From: a virus
Lineage: Duplodnaviria > Caudoviricetes
Virus record (IMG/VR): IMGVR_UViG_3300014208_000027
Span: 96,001-160,000 of that record
DNA: 64,000 bases
Strand: one strand, 5' to 3'
Shown here: positions 58,069 through 64,000 of the stretch, piece by piece
Position numbering within the stretch: the first letter of the stretch is position 1
How the letters are laid out: every line of letters begins with the position of its first letter
The notes under the pieces: generated by a model
What the model was told of the DNA's origin: nothing
What the model saw: the letters and a program-made list of their open reading frames with translations, nothing else
Database searches by the model: none
Program-made: the position numbers and the translations under genes

Positions 58069-58514
58069 TGAATCTTCTAGAATTAAAAAAACTCCTTAAA
58101 CCTTTAATTCGTGACATTGTTAAAGAAGTTATCCTTGAAGAGCAAGGTATTATTTCTCATGTCATAAAGGAGTCTATGACTGCTATAGCGGGTAATAAAG
58201 CTTCTTTACCTGTTCAACAGTTGCAAGAAGAAGTTAAATCTTTTCAACCTCGTAAACTCCCTAGTGACGTTAAAGATCAACTAGCAGGCACAAGAAAAAA
58301 ACTTTTAGAAGCTATTGGTAAAGATGCTTATAACGGTGTAGATCTTTTTGCCGGTACAGAACCGCTAAGAGAAAACGCTCCTACGGTTACGCCTATGGGA
58401 AGCGTCCCGTCACCACTAGCAAACATGGATCCTAGTGATCCAGGTGTTCCAATCGATAAATTTTTCGATACTCAAAACTGGGCAAAGTTAGCAGCAGGTA
58501 AGAAAAAAAAATAA
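58068..58514 (+). CDS. Hypothetical protein with N-terminal LKxLIxxIVKEVIxEE motif
   Basis: MNLLELKKLLKPLIRDIVKEVILEE. Confidence 0.6.
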   Translation: MNLLELKKLLKPLIRDIVKEVILEEQGIISHVIKESMTAIAGNKASLPVQQLQEEVKSFQPRKLPSDVKDQLAGTRKKLLEAIGKDAYNGVDLFAGTEPLRENAPTVTPMGSVPSPLANMDPSDPGVPIDKFFDTQNWAKLAAGKKKK

Positions 58515-58541
58515 CTTCAAAACATTAACAAAGGATAGAAA

Positions 58542-58832
58542 ATGGCTTATTATAACCACAAACGACGTGTGCATGAAAAGAAGGAATGGGGTGTTACCGG
58601 AGATGAGGCAGCAGGTTCAATTCTTCTAGAAGTAGTATTTGAAGAAAATGATACTGTTGAAAAACTTATTAAACGCTTCCTAAAGAAGTTTAAGAAGAAT
58701 AAGTTAATGGATGAGATCCATGAGCATAATTATTATGTGAAGCCTTCTATGCGCCGCAAACTTAAACGGTCTAGACGTAGGAAAGTGGCTCAACGCATTC
58801 AACAAGAAAAAGATTTATCTAATTTAGACTAA
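58542..58832 (+). CDS. rpsU: Ribosomal protein bS21 homolog with an N-terminal extension
   Basis: VVFEENDTVEKLIKRFLKKFKKNKLMDEIHEHNYYVKPSMRRKLKRSRRRK matches the bS21 pattern. Confidence 0.85.
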   Translation: MAYYNHKRRVHEKKEWGVTGDEAAGSILLEVVFEENDTVEKLIKRFLKKFKKNKLMDEIHEHNYYVKPSMRRKLKRSRRRKVAQRIQQEKDLSNLD

Positions 58833-58839
58833 CTAACAT

Positions 58840-59820
58840 ATGGCGGTAGAACATCTTTGGCGGCAAATCGGGGGTAGTGGTGGTGGAGCTACTGGGCCTA
58901 CGGGACCTACAGGCCCAACGGGCGCTACTGGAGCCACTGGGACTAGTGTAACCGGACCTACTGGTGCTACTGGTCCAACTGGTGCTGATTCTACTGTACC
59001 TGGCCCTACAGGCCCAACTGGCCCAGTAGCTACATTTGATACCAGACTTCCTCAAATGATGTGGATTTCTTCTACGGCAATAGATGTGTACCCCCCTCCA
59101 GGAGTTTCTACAGCTAGATTAACGCTTCAAAATGGCACTCAATACGCATTAACTTCTGCACTTTCTTTTTCGTTTTCTAATCCTGTAGGAGGGGATTTGG
59201 GGTTAGATGTTGGAGCTGAAGCTCCTTCAACATGGTATTATATGTACGTATTGCCAAAGTCTGGTTCTGCTACGGAATTTACTGTAAAAGCATCTGCAAC
59301 TTCTCCAACAAATACATCAGGGCCTCCAAGCTCTAGTAGTTACGCATACCTTGGTTCATTTTATAATAATTCTGGAAGTAACATTCGTCCATTTGACCAA
59401 AATAATAGTTATTTTTCTTATAGAGATTATACTGGCTTAGAGTTGGTGTTGTATACGGAAAGTGCAGGTTCTCCTGCAACTGGAACATGGACTCTGCTAT
59501 CGGCATCATCTATATCTTCTTCCTTTCCAACCAATACTGCTGGGTCTGTAGTCATTACTGGGGTTATGGATTCGGATGCTGCTGGAGTTCATGAAATAAT
59601 GGTTGAAGCAGGGAACCCACCTTCATATACCCCATCTTCATTTAATCAAACATTTTTAATAGCTCAAGAAAATTCTCGTTGTGCGAATACGAAAATTATA
59701 AATTTAACTTTAAACGGTAGTTCCAAGGGGGATATTTCTAGGTATTGGCTTAATAGAACGGGTTTAGTAGATATTAGGTTGTGGGTATTAGGATACTACG
59801 ATAAATATCTCCCAGGCTAG
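58840..59820 (+). CDS. Collagen-like fibre protein
   Basis: [16 protein letters not shown]...; followed by a beta-rich domain (GGLDxG.EA..TWYY.Y). Confidence 0.8.
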   Translation: MAVEHLWRQIGGSGGGATGPTGPTGPTGATGATGTSVTGPTGATGPTGADSTVPGPTGPTGPVATFDTRLPQMMWISSTAIDVYPPPGVSTARLTLQNGTQYALTSALSFSFSNPVGGDLGLDVGAEAPSTWYYMYVLPKSGSATEFTVKASATSPTNTSGPPSSSSYAYLGSFYNNSGSNIRPFDQNNSYFSYRDYTGLELVLYTESAGSPATGTWTLLSASSISSSFPTNTAGSVVITGVMDSDAAGVHEIMVEAGNPPSYTPSSFNQTFLIAQENSRCANTKIINLTLNGSSKGDISRYWLNRTGLVDIRLWVLGYYDKYLPG

Positions 59821-59827
59821 GTGATCT

Positions 59828-61120
59828 TTGCGAAACTTAATAAAACTCAATATGATTGTTAAAAATGAGTCTGCCCGTATTCGTCAGACTTTAGAGTCTG
59901 TCCTTCCTTACATTGATTCATGGTGTATTGTCGATACTGGTTCAACTGATGATACGGTAGAAATAATTAAAAGTTGCCTTAGTAATGTCCCAGGCCATCT
60001 TATACGCCATCCTATTATTACTTATTTAGACACTGATTGTATTGATTATGCTGCTACTCGTAATATGGCGCTTGAATATGCTAGTAATAATTCTACCTTT
60101 ATTTTTTTAATGAGCGGTGATGAGATTCTACAAAATGGTGAATCCCTTAGAACGTTTTGTGAAGAGGCAAAAGAAAAAAAAGATTACGACGCTCATTATG
60201 TTCAGTTACTAGGCTCTTCTAGGGGCAGCTATGATCAAATAAGATTATTACGCTCTAACGCTAACCTTCGTTATACTTTTCCTACGCATGAATATATTTT
60301 TAACGCTAAGAATATTGGACAACGCATATTGAATGTAAGTATTAACTCTTTCTCAGAACCCTATGAAAAATCCTGTGAACGCTGGGAACGAGATATAAAA
60401 GTTCTCTACCGCTACATGCAAAATGTTCCTGGTAACTATTTAACTAAAGAATCTGAGGATTCTAATATCGGCGGGGGTCGTCGATTACACGGGTGGAGAC
60501 AAAATAAGACTTCTTTCCCCTTTAAAGAAGCATTGTCGGAGAAGCCCGAAGTTTCGAAAGAAACAACCCACCTAGCTCAGAACTATGATAGCGGAGATCG
60601 AAATAGGGCGATCTTTTATCTTGCGCAAAGTTATGAGTGTCTTGGTAATAATGATTTAGCATTTGAATATTATGAAAAGCGTTCAAAAATGGGTGGATGG
60701 TCTGAAGAAGTATATGAAGCTAAAAAAAGAATGGCTCAATGCGCTGATAGGTTAAAAATAGTATCTTCTAAAAAGTTTTCATGGGAAGAAGTAAAAGAAA
60801 TGTATTTAGAGACATACTCTTTTAGACCAGAACGATTAGAAGCCATATATGAAATAGCCAAGCACTATTACGATGAAAAGAATTTTTCGTTATGTTACTT
60901 GTACGCTTTAATAGGATTAGACTGTAAAGCGCCAGAGCAAGATGTTTTGTTTGTAGATAGAGAAGTCTATACTTGGAAACTTGCAGATTTAGTTTCTGCT
61001 TCTGCTTGGAACATAGGAAAGAAAGAAATTGGGTTAAAAGCAGCTAAAAAGGCGTATCGAGCAAATTCTGAAGATAAGCGACTGCAAGAAAATTATTATT
61101 TCTATCGGGACAACTCCTAA
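59828..61120 (+). CDS. GT2 glycosyltransferase with C-terminal TPR repeats, carrying a ~50-aa insertion
   Basis: LNMIVKNE, WCIVDTGSTD, YAATRN.AL, SGDE, THE; FYLAQSY..LG...A..YY.KR...GGW.EEVYEA. Confidence 0.85.
   Translation: MRNLIKLNMIVKNESARIRQTLESVLPYIDSWCIVDTGSTDDTVEIIKSCLSNVPGHLIRHPIITYLDTDCIDYAATRNMALEYASNNSTFIFLMSGDEILQNGESLRTFCEEAKEKKDYDAHYVQLLGSSRGSYDQIRLLRSNANLRYTFPTHEYIFNAKNIGQRILNVSINSFSEPYEKSCERWERDIKVLYRYMQNVPGNYLTKESEDSNIGGGRRLHGWRQNKTSFPFKEALSEKPEVSKETTHLAQNYDSGDRNRAIFYLAQSYECLGNNDLAFEYYEKRSKMGGWSEEVYEAKKRMAQCADRLKIVSSKKFSWEEVKEMYLETYSFRPERLEAIYEIAKHYYDEKNFSLCYLYALIGLDCKAPEQDVLFVDREVYTWKLADLVSASAWNIGKKEIGLKAAKKAYRANSEDKRLQENYYFYRDNS
60434..60615 (+). other. Structured, GC-elevated in-frame insertion (candidate RNA element)
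   Basis: Six hairpins, a closing helix and complementary GGGG/CCCC loops; about 44% GC by hand count; bounded by an AACTAT direct repeat. Confidence 0.45.
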
Positions 61121-61172
61121 ACCATTCTTCAGACTAATTATTTTTGGTTAAGTACAATCTAAGGAGCTATTC

Positions 61173-61598
61173 ATGGCAAATTGGCAAACACCACCCCAAC
61201 CTGGTTACGGAAATGTTGGGTCATATCAAATTTCAGGTATCCCATTTTTAACTGGTTCTGATGTTAATGGAACTGGAACAAATAATGGTGAAGTAAAGAT
61301 TTCTTTTCCGTATGTAGCTAGATCTATCACTGTTGTAAATACTGGATCTGTAGCTCTTTGGATACACTTTGATAGCCGTGCGAATACTGATGTTGTTACT
61401 TATAAACATTATGCTGTTGTGGCTAATAGTGGTGATGCCTGGGCATTTAACGTAAGGGTAAAAGAAATATATGTTTCTGCTGCCACTGCTGTAGCTGGTG
61501 GAGGTTTTTCATTAGGAGCAGAACTAACGCCAATTCCAGTACGAGATATTCCAGTTATGACTGGTTCTGGAATCAATAGCAAAGGCTTAGGATTTTAG
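61173..61598 (+). CDS. Virion-type hypothetical protein
   Basis: PGYGNVGSYQISGIPFLTGS; CTAATTA at 61134 and SD AAGGAG. Confidence 0.6.
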   Translation: MANWQTPPQPGYGNVGSYQISGIPFLTGSDVNGTGTNNGEVKISFPYVARSITVVNTGSVALWIHFDSRANTDVVTYKHYAVVANSGDAWAFNVRVKEIYVSAATAVAGGGFSLGAELTPIPVRDIPVMTGSGINSKGLGF

Positions 61599-61601
61599 CT
61601 T

Positions 61602-62408
61602 ATGAGTGGTTCACCATTTGGAGCACCTAGGTTTAAACAGAGTAGTAATGTTTTAAGTGGCGATGTTATTATTTCTGGCTCGTTAACTGTGTCTGGAAGT
61701 TTTAATGTTTCTGGTTCTTCTACTGGGTCGATGGCAGCAACTTTACCTGTTGCTGATAATGCTGTTGCCCGTTGGGATGGTACGAGTGGTTTAATCCTTC
61801 AAAATTCTCTAGTCGTCATTGATGATGTAGGAAATATTTCTGGTCCTACTGGCTCAATATCTGTTTTAGGAACTGCTTTAGATGGTGGTTCTGCTGTGGG
61901 TGTAATTTTAGGAAGTAGTGCAAGTTATATAACTTCTGGAGCAAAATTAGTTAGTATTCAAAATAGTGGATTGGAAAGAAACTATACTGATTATAGCGGA
62001 AGCCATACATATAATATTTCTAATTGGGGTGGTTATCTAAGGAATAATTATTTTAGTGAATTGGTTACATGTGCTACTGGAACACTCTGGACAACTGTTA
62101 ATGTAATTCCTGCTGGAGCATTAAATTTAGGGGTAGGGTTACGAGTAATTGATAGTTTTGCTACGGCATCAAAATTATATTTAGGCGTATTGTCTAGTTC
62201 CTACAACAAATGGGCTATTGGAATGGATAGTAACAGTACTGTAACAAATTTAACAAGTTCTATGGCATCTGGGTTAGAGTTTTACCAATCTAATCAAGCT
62301 ATAACGCTTAGTTCATCTGTGGGACAACAACAAAGTTTAACAACTACTGTAACAGGTAGTGTTCGAGTAGAGGCACGATATATTACTTTACTTCCACCTC
62401 AAAGTTAG
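61602..62408 (+). CDS. Fibre-like protein
   Basis: SGS-rich N-terminus; DNAVARWDGTSG..LQNS...IDDVGN fibre repeat. Confidence 0.6.
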   Translation: MSGSPFGAPRFKQSSNVLSGDVIISGSLTVSGSFNVSGSSTGSMAATLPVADNAVARWDGTSGLILQNSLVVIDDVGNISGPTGSISVLGTALDGGSAVGVILGSSASYITSGAKLVSIQNSGLERNYTDYSGSHTYNISNWGGYLRNNYFSELVTCATGTLWTTVNVIPAGALNLGVGLRVIDSFATASKLYLGVLSSSYNKWAIGMDSNSTVTNLTSSMASGLEFYQSNQAITLSSSVGQQQSLTTTVTGSVRVEARYITLLPPQS

Positions 62409-62417
62409 GAAAAATAA

Positions 62418-64000
62418 ATGAAAATTAAAGGTGGTAAAAGTAAAGGTGGAATAATCGTACCAACACCTGACCCAACATTTTCATTATTTGATTTTGATAA
62501 TAATCCTAATGGAGTAGAAAATTTAGATCCTGCGTGGACAGTTAACGGACAAACTGTTTATCCAGCTTTAAGATATAATGCTGCCGATGCTACGCCAACC
62601 GGATGGAAGTCCTGGGGCTATGGTGGTCCATTGGCCGAAGCTGGGACTGGGGTATCTCCATCATATAATACGGGATCTCCATTCTTAGGGCAAAAAAATG
62701 ATGGAGTAAAATATAATGGCACTGGAACAAAATATCATTTAGGACAAGATGTTGTTCCAACGATTGGAACAAATGATATTATTATCGAATATGTTTTCAG
62801 AGCTACAAATGGTTCGGCGGGCGCGACCGTACCTGGATTGTTTGATTTGCGATTAAACACACTTACCCCTGGATTTACAGCTTACAAATCGGTAGGACAC
62901 CACATAAGTGTTTTATATGGAACCACTGCGAATGGATTATTACATTATTTTACTTCTCCTGCAGTCTCCCCTGTAGATGGTAGATATGCTTATGTTGTTT
63001 CTTGTATGGATAATAGTGAGGGAGGCTCTGTAACTAACGGAATAAGAGTTTGGTTAAATGGAGTTTTTTCTACGGCAACATACGCACTGCTTGGTGCTGG
63101 AACCGTGGGTTTAAGTTTTTCTGCTGGAGAGAAATTAAAAATTGGTTATGTTGTGAATGCCGGTTCTGTTACATCTGAAGAATCTATAATGTATTTTGCA
63201 ATGTGGAACAAGGCAGATTTATTTGCTGCTACGGGTGGGTCTTGGACCGAGATGGATACGTTTGTAGCAAAGAGGGCACAGAAACTTTTTGGGACATATC
63301 CGAATCAATCAAGAGGGACGCCTTCTTTAATTTCTCAAAGTACAAGGAACTCTCTTGCGCATTTCGGGAAAATAGAATCGGACGGTACAACAAAACTTTA
63401 TTCTGTTTCCAACAACTGGGCTAGAGTAGAGTCAAAAAAGAATGGAAGTAGCAGTTCTGTGGTTAAAGGTTTATTAATAGAGCCTGCAGTAACACAACGA
63501 ATTGCACAAAGTGAAGAATTCAGTAACGCCTCTTGGGCAAAAACAAGAAGCTCAATAGCTTCGACATCAATTGTTTGTCCTACTGGCTTTGCATCTACCT
63601 ATGTAACTTTGCATGAAGACGCTACGGCTGGTTCGACACACTTCGTAAGTCAATCTGCGGTACAGTTAATAACTGGAACACGACAGACAATAAGTGTTTT
63701 TGCAAAACCGATTAATAGAAATTGGATACAAATTGAAAATTTAATAAATCCGAATGCTTCTGCTTATTTTAATGTTTCAACGAAAACGGTTGGTACAACT
63801 TCAGGATGTGTAGCTGGAATTGATCCAACAGTATATACAAATGGATGGGTTAGAGCATATATATCTTTTGTTGCTACTGCCTTAACTGGTTCTGCTATTA
63901 GTTTTTATGTTGCTTCTGCCGATAACGTAAATTCTTTTGATGGATTAAATCAAGATTCTTTAGCCATTTGGGGTGCTCAATCTGAAGGTGGAACTGCTCA
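62418..64000 (+). CDS. Tail fibre/adhesin-like protein (LamG-like + GLLIE + carbohydrate-binding-like), 3'-truncated; not in the track
   Basis: Open from ATG 62418 to the window end: MKIKGGKSKGG...GLLIEPA..SEEFSNASW...NGWVR...IWGAQSE. Confidence 0.7.
   Translation, partial: MKIKGGKSKGGIIVPTPDPTFSLFDFDNNPNGVENLDPAWTVNGQTVYPALRYNAADATPTGWKSWGYGGPLAEAGTGVSPSYNTGSPFLGQKNDGVKYNGTGTKYHLGQDVVPTIGTNDIIIEYVFRATNGSAGATVPGLFDLRLNTLTPGFTAYKSVGHHISVLYGTTANGLLHYFTSPAVSPVDGRYAYVVSCMDNSEGGSVTNGIRVWLNGVFSTATYALLGAGTVGLSFSAGEKLKIGYVVNAGSVTSEESIMYFAMWNKADLFAATGGSWTEMDTFVAKRAQKLFGTYPNQSRGTPSLISQSTRNSLAHFGKIESDGTTKLYSVSNNWARVESKKNGSSSSVVKGLLIEPAVTQRIAQSEEFSNASWAKTRSSIASTSIVCPTGFASTYVTLHEDATAGSTHFVSQSAVQLITGTRQTISVFAKPINRNWIQIENLINPNASAYFNVSTKTVGTTSGCVAGIDPTVYTNGWVRAYISFVATALTGSAISFYVASADNVNSFDGLNQDSLAIWGAQSEGGTA

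Noticed and set aside
60453-60564. Hammerhead ribozyme (CTGAGGA ... GAAAC) in the insertion
   Set aside because: CTGAGGA sits inside its own hairpin, and stems I and III with an NUH site could not be formed.
60434-60600. Group I or group II intron for the insertion
   Set aside because: Too short; no P7 partner, internal guide sequence, GUGYG start or domain 5 found, although a U|...G| excision of 147 nt would be in frame.
222-63424. Short opposite-strand or alternate-frame track ORFs (e.g. 222, 2940, 8599, 11235, 13259-13741, 14022, 19261, 20928, 27351, 35979, 43096, 51606, 53830, 58819, 62590, 63203)
   Set aside because: They lie within longer ORFs that have recognisable motifs and show no RBS or motif support; 35979 and 58819 just mirror the collagen repeats.
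1-64000. Stop-codon reassignment (code 15 or 4), seen in some large phages
   Set aside because: Conserved genes are intact in code 11 and end on TAA, TAG (terminase) and TGA (SbcDC).
1-64000. CRISPR array or diversity-generating retroelement
   Set aside because: No regularly spaced repeats with unique spacers, no reverse transcriptase, and no adenine-biased repeat pair seen by eye.

Overview
A 64-kb, AT-rich (roughly one-third GC by eye) segment of a large tailed dsDNA phage with T4-like head genes, read in the standard genetic code. It holds: (i) virion/baseplate/fibre genes, including a 3359-aa LamG-containing protein, collagen-like proteins and a GT2-TPR glycosyltransferase; (ii) a head module: large terminase, portal with a 150-aa mini-intein, prohead protease and ribosomal protein bS21; (iii) a RuvC-like resolvase, a primase and an SbcD-SbcC fusion; (iv) a putative holin/spanin-like cluster; (v) four free-standing endonucleases (2 HNH, 1 GIY-YIG, 1 PD-(D/E)xK) with tandem DNA-binding modules; (vi) tRNA-Leu(CAA) and a non-canonical tRNA-like gene with a UAU anticodon; (vii) about 16 small SH3/KOW-like genes, several apparently on leaderless sigma70 transcripts. 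No major capsid, sheath or polymerase gene was recognised. The most unusual signals are the UAU tRNA with degenerate D/T loops, a structured ~150-180 nt in-frame insertion in the glycosyltransferase gene, a two-tier promoter system (sigma70 promoters 6 nt from ATG, and a CTAWTTA late-like motif) alongside bS21, and ADP-ribosyltransferase-like proteins that share an N-terminal putative capsid-targeting motif. All family assignments come from motif recognition by eye; no searches were run.
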